Part shown: in pieces, positions 14,901-27,300 of the stretch
Layout: each line of letters begins with the position of its first letter
Position numbering within the stretch: position 1 is the stretch's first letter
NCBI GenBank assembly: GCA_030141605.1
Contig: JAQGDQ010000025.1
Span: 788,907-852,906, forward strand
DNA from: Tubiluchus corallicola
Lineage: Eukaryota; Animalia; Priapulida
Direction of reading: 5' to 3'
Length of the DNA: 64,000 nt
Notes under the pieces: generated by a model
Seen by the model: only the letters and a program-made list of their open reading frames with translations
Databases searched by the model: none
What the model was told of the DNA's origin: nothing
Position numbers and translations under genes: made by a program

Positions 14901-15390
14901 CACTCTAAATAAATTGCCGTTGTCTCTACAGACTTATGTTCTTATACGACCAGACGGCACATGGCTTACGGAGACGGCACGTGGACTTTATGTAGTGACT
15001 GGCCTGAAAAGGAACGTAACAATATTTTGCTTTGGTTTGGGTGCTGTTTGACTGGCGGCTGCAAAAAATCTCAACGTTTTGGATACGAAGATTAGCCAGT
15101 TAGAGACTTGATGATGCATCGTTCAACATAATTTAATAATGCATTCAGTCATATCGTCCGATTGTGGCACCTTGACAGTTGACACACGAGAACACTTCCT
15201 AATTCTTGTATGTTTTTGTAGGTGTGACAAATGTAATACCCTCTTCGCACAATCGGCTCAGTTAAGTCGGCACCAGAAGGTACCCGGCGAGTGCCCGGAA
15301 ATGCCATCAGACGGCAAACCTCACAGAACTATCACATCAGGTGCTAACAAAACGTCTTTGGGTTCGTCGTCATCAACATCATCGTCGTAA
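1168..15390 (+). CDS. PRDM6: PR/SET-domain zinc-finger protein PRDM6 orthologue (5'-partial; upstream exons outside window)
   Basis: Exons with GT-AG boundaries and consistent phases: 1168-1296, 2164-2246, 4013-4247, 5049-5425 (alternative in-frame acceptor at 5085), 13051-13217, 15222-15390 (stop). Translation gives a PR domain ([66 protein letters not shown]) and fingers [81 protein letters not shown]. From memory these closely match vertebrate PRDM6. Confidence 0.93.
2420..2780. repeat. Degenerate (TCAG/TTAG)n tetranucleotide satellite in a PRDM6 intron
   Basis: agtcagtcagtcag... decaying over ~350 bp. Confidence 0.75.
5585..5985. repeat. Compound (CAT)n/(CAC)n/(CGT)n trinucleotide low-complexity tract
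   Basis: Seen directly. It explains the spurious poly-Pro/Ser and poly-Met/Val ORFs 5496-5993 and 5698-5979. Confidence 0.9.
6076..7347. mobile_element. Non-autonomous DNA transposon (MITE) with ~75-bp terminal inverted repeats
   Basis: 6076-6149 (cttctgttttataccacggattgagctacgccacgcccccacctggtgggattaactgatacggccaaataatg) is the near-perfect reverse complement of 7273-7347. No coding capacity; TSD unclear; superfamily not assigned. Confidence 0.8.
8768..9024. mobile_element. Truncated hAT-like MITE
   Basis: Starts cataggcgtagg..ggggaggctgagcc, has internal tgcccga repeats and ends ggggag..tcagcccc. The second TIR is missing. Confidence 0.4.
10415..10610 (+). repeat. Interspersed repeat, copy 1 (copy 2 at 62496-62680)
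   Basis: ccaaaccgtccacaagtcggcgtagttaaaactac..tgcttcaaa..aatgca..ttttataaaaacaaacgcta..tttatattcta aligns by eye with 62496-62680 in the same orientation. Confidence 0.75.
10966..11224 (+). mobile_element. tRNA-derived SINE
   Basis: A-box-like tagtctagtgg and B-box-like gagttccatac, followed by ggccgggtcataccaaagactaaaaatggcacctg, a body typical of invertebrate tRNA-SINEs. No cloverleaf or acceptor stem. Confidence 0.6.
13593..13730. repeat. 44-bp minisatellite, ~3 copies
   Basis: Units start at 13593, 13637 and 13681 (tgaaatctacgcaatccaggattttatttttggattatattacg), each containing a small atcca..tggat inverted repeat. Confidence 0.85.
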
Positions 15391-16154
15391 TGACGTGTAC
15401 GTTTATGCTGACGTATACTATTTACGTTTACAGGTGTAGGTCTACGAGTGGAGTACTGTCAACAACTTATTAGTTAAACAAGTAGTCCCTCTTACTGTTT
15501 TGGGAGACTTGACAGCCAATAAAAAAGGCTATACTCTGCCTAGGATGGGTATTCTCAAGTCCCTCTCGCCTGGGACACAGCTAAATGGTGACTGAATGGT
15601 GAATGTGGAAGAACTAGTGGATAACAATGGAGAACAATATTGGCAATATGAGCAATATGTAATGGATACAATGCGGTGTACCGGTTTTCACTTGTTAAAA
15701 GCTACAGAAAGAAAGCTTCGTTAAAATTTCGTTATCAGCGAAGCGTATTTTAAATTTTTGTTGAGCAAATTTTTGATTTTTTGTTGTAAAACTTGAATGA
15801 TACTGCAAAGTTTAGCGGAGGTATACCGGACACTAAAGAGTTTTTTGCGGATGACTTGATGAATTCTTTGGATAATACCACTTCTCTGCGCAGGAAATAA
15901 GCAATATCCCGAAGTTGCTGAAAGCGGTTTGAATGATTATCAAAATATAAGAAACCGATAACGTTGTTCAGTATCTTAACAAAATTAGAAATCAGGTGCG
16001 TAATATACACAAGAAGTTTCTTTAAAGGAGCGAGCATCCAAAATGCAGTTTTTGTTCACTAAATTTTGATTAGTCGCAAGGGAGTGGAGTTCTGTTTTAT
16101 TGATATTACGGCGTGAGAAAGATTTGTTTTGCAAATTATAATTTGAAGCTGTAT

Positions 16155-16187
<33 letters not shown>

Positions 16188-19169
16188 TACATCGTTACAA
16201 AAGTAACGAAACAATACGTTGGTTGTGCTTAACTTTTGAATAAATATTTCCACAGATCCGGTTGTGAATATTGAAAAATGTTACATGTTGTTTAATTTTA
16301 TTATTTTGAAACCTTGTAATTTGCAAAGAGTTAATACAGTGTAGTTGTTATGTAGAGTGCAGACCTGTGCATGTAGTTTATGTATTGTCTTAAATTATCT
16401 ATAGCTTATTTACTTGAAAGATGATATGTTTGTTAATTTTGTAAGTATAGCATTGACTAACATAAATTTGTTAACTTATTATTACACCTTGTACAAAGTG
16501 CTAAACAGTTTATCATTTTCAAAATGAAAATTCTTAATTTGTATGTTAATGTTTTAAAGAAAAATAGCGCTTCGAGCTACATATTACTTTAGCAATGTTA
16601 AACTAGAAACAGCTTATTTGGCAATCAAATTTTAATCGATGAAACTATAATTAATTTACTAGCTGCGTTGTAGTTGATCACTTATTAAAATTAACTGTTC
16701 AGATAAAGTATTCTTTATTTACGTTCATGCATTAACAATTAGAAGCTCAACAACGTAGCGTCAACAACATAAATTCTTGAGTGTACGTTTAGCTCTTAAA
16801 CTTTATAGAATATATTTCAGAAGTAGGTATAGATAAAATGTACACCAGTTTAGTATAAACGTGATAAGCATTATGTGATATTTAACTACTGTTCTGGGTA
16901 AGCATATGCAATAGCTTCTACATTCATTTTAATGTGTTTAAGGCTAAAAATAGAACTATAAAATTTGAAGGATGTTTTTTAAATTTGGTAGATCATCCGT
17001 AGGCCTAGCACAGTTAACATTTAACTAGCATGACTGCTAACTGACAACAATCCATTTTTTAAATTTGTTAGCTCTGTAATTTACATAGAAAAAGTGGTAT
17101 TTTAAATACAGTTTCACCAAAAACAGCAGTTGCTTCTTAAAATAGAACCCAGTCGTCACTTTCGTAAAAACTTTGCCATTTTTTCAAGCATTTGAAGTAA
17201 TCTGAATAGGCCTAATTATAGAATGTAAATTTCTAAGCTAAGTGACTTCATTTCATTACTCTATTTGTCAATTAATTATTAGTGGCCTTTAGTTCTACTG
17301 TACTATAACAAGACGATAAGTTTCACTGTTACACTAATAATTTTATTTGACGCAGTCATGATTATATACGCCTGCTCCTATTTTTGATTACAAGATACTG
17401 ATGCACGCAGCTTTTAATTAATATTAAAAATAATTTTTATTTGTATTTTCCCTGTCATCTATTGCCTACATTTTCGTAAAATAGATGCAGTTTTTCCGTG
17501 TAGTGTTATTTGTTTACTTGTTAACAACGCAAACAATTGTTTACTGTTTATACACGACTTTTAATTGTTATTATTTGCAAGAAGAATATTTATTTAGCTT
17601 TTTTGCAACTAAACTAGCATGCAAATTACACGTACATTAATTATGAGTTGTTCAGTTCGAATTACTCTGATAATGGAATTTCTTAAACATTGTGACATAC
17701 AGTTAATTCAAGTTGGATAAACTCAACTAAGAAAATTTGTTAAATGTCAATTTTTTTTAGTTTGGTTGCAATTTGAGACTATAATCGTTTAAATTAAAAA
17801 GAATCTGATGCTTGTGTTCTATTTCTGTTATTCTCTTAGCTAGGCATTAGCTAACTGATAACTGCGAGGCGGTTGGTGAAAATGAATTTACCTATCAAAA
17901 TAAACAACACCTAGTTTCGTTTGCTGTTAAGTTATAGGGTTTTTAATGCCGCAAAAGAGGTTCGCGTCAGTTGAGTCAGACTTCCGCAGCCTCACAGCTT
18001 CATGAGGCGAACTGTAACGCTGTCAATACTCTCCCGCCTTCTGTCGGACAAGTTTGCAGGATAAATACATCTTATTGAGACAGAATCGGTTCCATTGGAC
18101 ACACTCATAACACATTTCAGATTAATAAGGGAACAAATTAAACGGAATTTTAGAGTATGTCTTAAATAACTTTTCATATGAAATTATATTGCGCTTACTT
18201 AGTTGAAAGACTTATGCAAACGCAAGAGAATTTTTTTACAGTTTAAAATATTTGCGTAAACTGCTGAAACGTAACCGTTTCACTATCTCAGCCTGCACCC
18301 CTAGCTGGCTCACCAAAACAGGTTATAAATCTTGTTAACCAGATAAAGTAATTTCGCCTGTACACTTGCTTAGTTAATAAATGGCGCGATTACTTTGCAA
18401 CGATATCTAAACTTGCTTCAATTTCTTACTATGCTGACTGTTTAAATGGCTGTGTGTAACTGTCAGTGTATGCAAGATTTATGTAGCATACGTTAATACA
18501 AGCTGTGTATTACAGCATATAAGTGATGCACAATTTCATGACGGTTTTTTAAAAAATTTATTTATGAATTCAGTTTTCTAGACCTTTAAGATACAGATAC
18601 AAATGCAGACATTGATTAATACAACATATAAAGGCAATACAGATTAAGCAATATATCTTATTCAAATAACTTAATGGAGAAAAATTAAGGAAGAAGTTTA
18701 CAATTCTCCACACAATTTAAATACCTTGGCCTTAAATTCAGCCTTAACCCTAATCCTAATCCTAATCCCTATCACGAACTAGTTTCTTCTGTGTGCGAAA
18801 ATGTAAACTTTAGCCAAGATTATAAATTAATATGCATCTTGAGTCAAATGCTGTTGTGTTGACGTATACATTGCTTAATTTCAATCTGTCAAATGCCATA
18901 TTTAATTAGAAAATTCTGTTGCATTTCTTTGCGCCTGGTAGTACTCTAAAACATTTTCTCTGTAGTTCAATGTTTTCTGTTCAGAATGTGCATGGTTTGG
19001 TAAAATAATTTTCAAGAAAATTCAAAGAAATAAGACGTTTTGGGACAAATTTCTTCTGGAAACATGTTTGTTAAATGAGAATCTGGAAACATTTCAGCCG
19101 AAATTTTTTCATAAAATATTTTTCTGTATTCTCACTATTCTGTGAAACTAATTTACACATCTGAGCATA

Positions 19170-19520
19170 CCGGTCACCGAAACCAACCCTCTAGACCCAT
19201 AACGTGTACAATGCGCTTGCGCAGAGAGAAAATTATGGTGACGTAGACAATAGCACACTGTCCGTGATTACCGGTGGTTGTCATCTCTATCATTGATTTT
19301 GTTTGTAGTTTTTGCGTTTGCAAATCAATACTAGTTAATACTTAGTGGCTCAAGTTTTATGCTATATCCAATCCTTAAGATTAACGTCAGCGTAGCACAA
19401 TTAACCAGTTACATATCACGCTCTGTTGGTGATGCAGTCGGTGATTCGTACGTAGTTGAGACATTTTTGGAGTGAAATTTGCACGAAAAGTCGCCGGTTT
19501 TATTGACTTGAAAACGACGG
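19170..19520 (+). promoter_or_regulatory. Probable SLC22 promoter and non-coding first exon
   Basis: Local CpG enrichment, NRF1-like TGCGCTTGCGCA (19212-19223), CRE half-site TGACGT (19239-19244) and candidate donor acg|gtaagg near 19519. Inference only. Confidence 0.4.
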
Positions 19521-20368
19521 TAAGGAAGTTCAACTTAATTTCTTGCGATTAGATACTATTATGGTAGTATGGTAGCACAAAAACGTTCAGCATTAGTTTT
19601 GTTTGTTTAATCAACTGTAACTATGAGGGTACGTTATGACTGTCGAGTGATGTCTTGATTTAAAAGTACTAAGAATTATGTAGTAAATTCGTTGTATAGC
19701 TAACTGACTCGCCGCCATGACAGATTTGTAGTGAGATCGTCGAAGAATTCTGTTCAACAAGTACTCCAATAGTAAAAGTTTATTGCATAATATCTGTAAG
19801 ACGATGCCGGCCTTTGTAATAAATATACGAACAAAGATTAACGAATAGAATGTAGGCAAGAAGCATGGAATATTTTACCCGTACAAGCTTTTAATCGTTA
19901 AGTTGACTTAGAGTTATTTTTTGCAACGTGCAGTATTTGTGTTGAAAGTAGCGGTCTGCAAGGGCCTTTTTTGAGCTCATGCCCGTCTAGTAGTTGACAA
20001 AGCCTAGCATATGGCCGATCAAAATCAATAGCCATACAGGCTATCTGTGGTGAATGCAGGCCTATTTGAAAATCCACTGCTTGTTCTTCTATGCATGTGC
20101 ATATTAATAATATAGCATGTCAATTGTCTTGTTAGCTGCTGCTGACTGACTGTCATTATCAGCCAGTAGCTGATTTTATTTATACTATTTGCTAGAGTAG
20201 CAAGTAATTAGGTAATTTCTGCATAAATTGGTCGATCAGTTGAGAGTTCAGCAAAGTGTGCTTAATCTGTGTTAGCATAAAAATTAAACCTGTTTCCGTG
20301 TGGATCTCTCGTGGAAAGTTGGGGTTTGGAATTGCATAGTCCTCTAACAGAAATTTTAATTTGTTAAA

Positions 20369-20752
20369 CTTTTTCATTGTTTCGTTCTGGGCACATGTAG
20401 TTACTGTATGTCAAAGGTTAAGTGTACCACAGCAACGCGTCTTAACTACAATCGTCGCTTGACATGTGGGTAACACAAATCATTAGTTAAATAACTTCAG
20501 TTGTTTTATGTAGACTTTACTTAAATATGCATTAGTCTGTGTGTAGAGTGATTTACTAGCAGAATCTTGCTCGGGAACAAGAAAAAATGAAGTAGGTAGG
20601 GTTTTGGCTAGCTGTATAAACTGCTAACCAGTATTACAATAGCATGAGCTGCGAGGTGTTGTCAGGTGTACACAAATGTGTTGTCTGGTACACTTAACCT
20701 TTGACATTTTAACGATCATCATCAATTGCTGAACCTGTGAAAAGGCTTATTG
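20369..20752 (-). mobile_element. MITE, inverted diverged copy of the element at 55443-55832
   Basis: Reverse-complement similarity along its length to 55443-55832; ends gtgaaaaggcttattg. Contains a perfect 22-bp internal inverted repeat (20408-20429 / 20686-20707). Confidence 0.8.
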
Positions 20753-21392
20753 GTGAATCCATAAATGATTGGGTGACCTTTGGAAAATTGCTTCTGGTTG
20801 TTTCGTCTGTTGTATTGTGTTCTGCTATTTGTCGCTAAGAGAGGATTATACACATATGCTAATCTGTGTTTCAGGATACCTCTACTTGTCCAGGATCTCA
20901 AGATGATTATTATCGTTGCAATGAGCTAGATTTTAGTTTTACCGGAAATGTTGAAGCATATGCCGAAAATATATTCTTTATCTCCACATTTACTTCGTCG
21001 TTAAATAACCTTGTTTTAATGCTTTTAGAATTTTCATACTTTTTCGTATGCCCAAGCCCTTCTGCAAATACTGTGCACACAATTTTAAAGTAAACAAAGT
21101 GCAGTGACTGCAACAACTGTTATATTTACCCTAATTTATTTTTTTAAAGCATTTTACTAAAAAATAGCTGTTAATTTTTTTTAGATTATCAAGTCTGACC
21201 TCAGTTGACAAGCTAAGCATTGTGCTTATTGCAGTTTCAAAAGAAAGCAGGAGGTACGGCTGAATTGACTAGGAGCAATGGCACGGGCGAAAAAACATTT
21301 TGTTTTGAAACACGACAGAATCCATTTTGCCAGTTGATTTCGACGTTTGCAAATACCCCACAGACTTGTTATCCATACAGAATTAAAGAAAA

Positions 21393-24300
21393 ATGGAGGT
21401 AGATGATGCACTAAAACACCTAGGACCGTATGGTTATTTTCAGTTAAGCATTTTCATTCAGATCTCTTTGATGACTATGTTTGCGGCATGGCATTCCTTC
21501 TGCGTCAGCTTCATAGCCGTTATTCCAGAGTATCGATGTGCCATTCCTGAAGGCGCCATGGTAAAAGACATTATACCAGTCAACGACAAAGGAATGATGG
21601 AGAGTTGTTTTATGCGACAACAGCAAGGCAATGGTAGCAGTGAGACAGTGCCCTGCGAAAATGGATGGTGGTTTTCGCTTGACAATGATGCATCTATTGT
21701 TGTGGAGGTGAGAAAGAGTGAGATTTTCTTTGCTTTAATTAAGCTTTCTTGCATTAGCATGTATTATATTACCAGCGCCGGCTGGTTACCTCTATTTTGT
21801 TTATAAGTTATTCATGTATGTTAATTAAATGTAGAAGGCTAATAAGCTTGCCAGAGAGCAAGAATTGCACCACTGTGAATAATTTAAGCTTTAACACGTT
21901 GACGTAACATTGCTAAACACAGAGCTGCTTCCACTATACCTTAAAATTTGGGACCACATCCAATCTAATATCAGGTAAAAATTCACTATTGTTTTTAGCT
22001 GGTAAGTAAAAAAACTCGTAGAGCTGTTATATGCTCTTACCTTCATTTGTTTTAATTTCGAATATTGTGTGATTTAATTAATTTGTAACACCTAACATTT
22101 GTTGGTGTTTTGTCAGGTGTGGTCTTTTAATGGATTTTCATATGGAAGGATTTCTATGTCGAGCTAATACACTAACGTACAGCTAACATACAACTTTTCC
22201 TTGGATACCGGTACTTAAAGGAATCTTTTTGTTTTTTTTCGTAGCTTGACTGGATGGAAAATAATATCAAGAATGTGCAGATTCGGGAGTGATGTCATAT
22301 TCGGCCCTTCAACATGTTGCTTTCTAGTAGTCTAAATAATTTGTTGTAATCTAGGTGTGTGTCGGAAGGCTGCACGGCATCGTTTGGGAAGGAGTTTATA
22401 ATTCATGGGCCTGAATTGACACCAAATTAAAGTGCTGCCAAATTTTCAGGCTAAATTTTTCTGGACTTTCCAAAAGTTTAGAATCAATGACTGTGCAATT
22501 ATTGACCATTTCTTGTGCACAGTCTAACGAATAGTTGAATACTTATAGGTATTGCTTCTACAAAAGCTTTGTCACGTAATATAATTAGATTTGTAAGACT
22601 ACCAAATCTTCTGCAGACGCTTAAAATGGTGGCTCTATAAAGTCATATTATAAGTTGTCCGGAAGAGAATTGTTGATTTGTTCGTGCTAGAATCTGTAAC
22701 ATGATGTAGATGTAATTGAAGGAATGTTGCCGAACAACCGAAGAACAATAGCATTTGATGTAAGTTAAAAAATTCTTTCATTGGTCTTTTGTATTTATGC
22801 ATGACTTGAGGTAACTTTCTTAATTCAGTTATTTGAAAATTAACTGATCCTGTCTGTAACAGTTGTATTTGTGCTAATATTGTATCGAATAATATATAGG
22901 ACTGGTGCCTTTTCTGGATTGGCGAAGGCTTGTTGGGTTTGTATTTCGTGATTTTTAGTTTGGCTTATTTCAGCTGACGAAACCTTGCTGTGCCTGAATT
23001 AATGCAAATTTTGAGCTTTGTAAACTATCTCATTTTGCTAACACAAGTTTTTTATCATTACAGTGGAATCTTGTTTGTGAGAAAAAGACGCTCGTCCAGT
23101 TGGCTGCTTCTGTATATTTTGCGGGACGGGTCTTTGGTGCTCTGTGTGCACCTGCGCTTTCTGACATTTTTGGACGAAAGAAAATCATCATCATTTGCTA
23201 TTGGATGTGGGCAATTCTAGGAACTGCTACTGCTTTTGTGCACGACTACAGACTTTACGCAGCATTAAGAGCAATTATAGCAGCCTTGGATGCGGTAAGT
23301 TTTGTCTGTTTAGCTGCATATTAAGTATATGTAATTCTAATGTCTAGATCAAGGTTATTCTCTAGATTATTTGTCTTGAGGGCATCCAGAATATTTCTGG
23401 TTGAACATTGAAAGTAACACTGCATAGTTAGACTGGTACACAGACAATTAAGTTTCTGAACTTTTTATTTTTGGTGGAATATTTTTGTCCTAAAAGGGAT
23501 TAAGAATTATATTATCTGTGATTTTTAAGTAATGTGGACATTTTGTCAACTTGGCCATTAGTCATTCCTGGGCAGTGTCTCAATATTTTTTCAATCTGTT
23601 ACTCAGGCTAAATTGTTCTATATATAAGGATAAGATTATGGGTTAATGTTATAATATTTTTTAAAAGAAATTTGTTTTAATTTAAAATTTAATGATGAAC
23701 AGACGAAGATTAATGGGTTGGCAAATAGATGAACAAGACAGACTAAAGTGTTTGACATTACTTTATGAATATGTGTGAGACTAATTTTGAAACCAACTTT
23801 TCAATGTGCACTGTCAAAATTGGACTGTGTTAGACTAATTTTTCACACAGATTAATTCCAATGTGAAGTTTATTTTCAATGACATTCAAGTGGCAGGAAA
23901 AACATCTTGCTTTTCAATCAAAATCATCATCTTCAGCAGGCTTACTCTCGGAGCTAGATGTTTCTTCATCAACCGGCTTGCCATTGACCTCTTTTCGGCA
24001 CCTTTGCTGTGTTTTCCATCAACACCGGATACAGTTGCATTGTATCCCATTTGTCGTCTGCATCCAGTAACAGACCAGTGCATATCATTTTGTTCTTAGC
24101 AAAAGTCCTCTATTCTGCTAGGATGCCAGATTATCCTTTTTTCGTGTGCTTGAGACCTGCTTTGCACAGTGCAATACAGCCTGTTTGCAAAACACAGACT
24201 AATTAAATACCGGAAAATACACAAAAAGTGCACTTTTACATTTGCTGTGTGATACTATTTTTCCACTCAGACTAATTACACCAAACAGTGTAGCTTAATG

Positions 24301-27300
24301 ATGAATAGTATACAAGTAGGCACATATATGCATCTAGTTTGTCTAAAGAGTTTTTATATTTATTTATGTTGCAGGGGGCGTCTTTATCATCGTACTGCTT
24401 GTTATGTGAGTACTTTCCAACCAAGCAGCGCGCGTTTGTTGGTAATGCGGTTTATTTTTTCTGGTGTATTGGAATGATGAGTTTACCTGGTATTTCCTAC
24501 CTTGTTCCGCAGTGGCGAAATTTGCAACTGATAATCTCTGTACCAATGTTCCTATCAGTTGCATTTTGGTGGTAAGATAATTTATCATTATTATAGCTAC
24601 GCTAGCATCCATTCTTGCTCTAGCTGAATTATTTTTCATATTGTGATTTCATAAAAGGTTGTGTGATTACAATATTTTGTGAAATTTGAAGGGTTGATTA
24701 TCAGTAATTTTATATTGTATTTATATCATTATTGTAAAACAGCTTGGTGCCAAAACATACTGGTTGTTGTGCCTGTTCAATTGGGCGAACATTATGTGGT
24801 TTTTGTACTCCATCAACATACTTTCAGAAAATTTTACATGTTCTTTACCTGCATGAAAGCCAAAGTTTTGTTTGAGCAGTTTCTTACTAAATTTGGTTTG
24901 CAAAATATTTTCCTATTACCAGTCCAGCAGATGCAATTATCCCGTCATTTTATGTACATAGGATCATGTGCGTCTTCTACATTTTGTTAGCAAACAAAAT
25001 TTGGCACAAACCTGTTTTTCTGTTTGCTTTGCTGAGTTGTTTGTTAATGCAAATTTTTATGTGATATATGCTACTGACTGAAGTAACTCAGTTGTGGAAA
25101 AGTTGTTTGTGTCGATGCAAGGTATAGCTCTTCCTAGTTGTTATCCTTCACTAGTCAAACAATTATGCAAATGCTTTGTTTTTATTGCTACGGTATACAG
25201 TTATTGTGCTCTTAAGTTTCCTGTTTTAACTCTTCATACACTTTTGTATCCGACAATTCCATTGTGTAACTTATGCCCAATATGTGATAAGCATTAGGCA
25301 ATTTTGAAACTTTCCATGCATACAGAAGCTTCACTTTATACATGGCAAGTTAGAATTCAGTTGTTATTTTAGCAATAGCATACTTGTAGGTGCTATTGAT
25401 TTGTCAAACAAAAGTCTTTCTTAGCCTTTCTAAATAACATGTGTACATGTAAGAATACATTGTGAGAAGGTACACGAAAGAATAGTTCACTGTAATAATT
25501 ATTAATGTAAACTGTAAAATCCTTATCAATGAGGTGATGTGAAACTGTCAGAATTTGATCAAAGGGAATACCCAAAGCTAGTCAGTAAGTGGATGGGTGG
25601 CTGCAGGGTTCAATACTTGCTTTTTTTGCCATTCACTTTGGGACCATTTCCATGAGTAGCCATACTGATTCTGACTGTTTACCCCATTGAGAGCAGACAT
25701 ATCCAGAACTAAATATGAGTAAGGCAAATGTGCTAGATTATGTCCTAATGATGAGCCAGATTCTGGTGCTACCACAACCAACTACTGAGTGCTAGTTTCC
25801 AGGTTGCTAGGTGTGAAATTGTATAGCAAAGTTTCTGCATGATTCTGGCACAGTGATCTCCAAGTCACAAGTCAAGACTCAAAAACTTGAATTGCCAAGA
25901 TAAGTGGAATCTGGGAGATCAAAAAGTTCTAGCATTGGTAGGCGTGTCCTGATGCTAGTTGCAAGTTAGACACTTACTGCTTTCAACCATAGTATGACAT
26001 GACATGCATTCATGACAAATGTAGTGCCTAACTATGTTTGTGATATTTGGTCTTCAAAAAAGTAAAAGTTTGAACGTTTAAAATTTCTCTGTAGCGCAGA
26101 TCTGCTTAATTTTAGTTTAAACTTCATGCCTTTAAATTTGTAGAAAACGTAAGCTTTCCCTACTTTTTGTATGACTTGTTGAGCTACCTTTGCAAAGCAT
26201 CATTGATCTGTGAATTAAGTGATCTTTGGTTGCTGAAAGGTTTGGAAATATTTGTAGCAGGGAATAGAACTGCTTGTGCTTCGTAATCAAAATATGCAGT
26301 TATGAAGACTGGCCATTAGCTATTATTATTAGTTATTAAGAATTAAAACAGTCGACTGGAATCGATTGCTCTCCACTGTGCACTACTGATTATTGCAGAA
26401 CTAACGGAATTTATGCCAGAACTAAATTTGGTTTTTTATTATTTGCACTAATTTAAGTTGATACCTTTGCACTATTTGTTGAATTTTATTCATAATGTGC
26501 TAATTGTTTTAACAAATATAGAAAACCAATTTTTTATCCACCTAAAATGTTAACTTCTTGCTAGAGACATCTACTGGAAAGCATTGATGCACCAAATCCT
26601 AAATTTGTCCTTCTTGGTTGAAACTGAATTTTTCAAGTTGCTAAGTTATACCAAATCCTGGGCCATTCTGGGCATTTTTTTAAAACATACTGAACTGAGC
26701 CTGAAGCTATTAGTAGAAACACTGAATGGACCACTTTGTGTAAATGTAGAATCGAGTTAATCCTAATATGAATGAAAATTTTAGCTTTGGAATGTCAGAG
26801 TGGCTAAATGTTGGCTATACAGTTTTCATATTAAGCAAAGTAAAATCGTACATTAACTCAGCTAAAGTAAACAGAAAACAGGTTCTGCAACTTTGCAGGT
26901 GTATTGGTAATAGTTTATCATCGTACAGAACCTTGAATTTCCCGAAACAAGTCAATCTCGCAAAGCCGTACTAAGTTAATGACGAAAGTCTGAACTGATA
27001 ATGATAACATAGTTAAGTTGGACTTGCTGAAACTGGGCCCAGCTCTTGCTTATTAGCTGCTAAACCAAATTTAGGTTTGGAACGTTACTACTGGAAAATG
27101 TATTAGACAGTTATTCTATTAACACTTGTCTTGACACCCCAGTGTTGTAGCTTAGGAAAATAGTTCACAGAAAAAGTTTAAAAGACATATGTAGCCTGTT
27201 AAAGATTCACCTCAAACTATAGTAAGGCTTAAAATATGGTGATAAAGCAGAAAAATAATCATAGTTGTAGTGTTACAGTATTTATAGATATTCTGAAGTT

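Noticed and set aside
18744-18772. Telomere-like repeats (ttaaccctaatcctaatcctaatcccta)
   Set aside because: Only ~4 imperfect units; such runs are common inside invertebrate TEs.
15391-19100. Hidden gene or ncRNA between PRDM6 and SLC22
   Set aside because: AT-rich with only short non-conserved ORFs and no spliceable coding pattern or recognisable RNA motif; consistent with 3'UTR and intergenic DNA.
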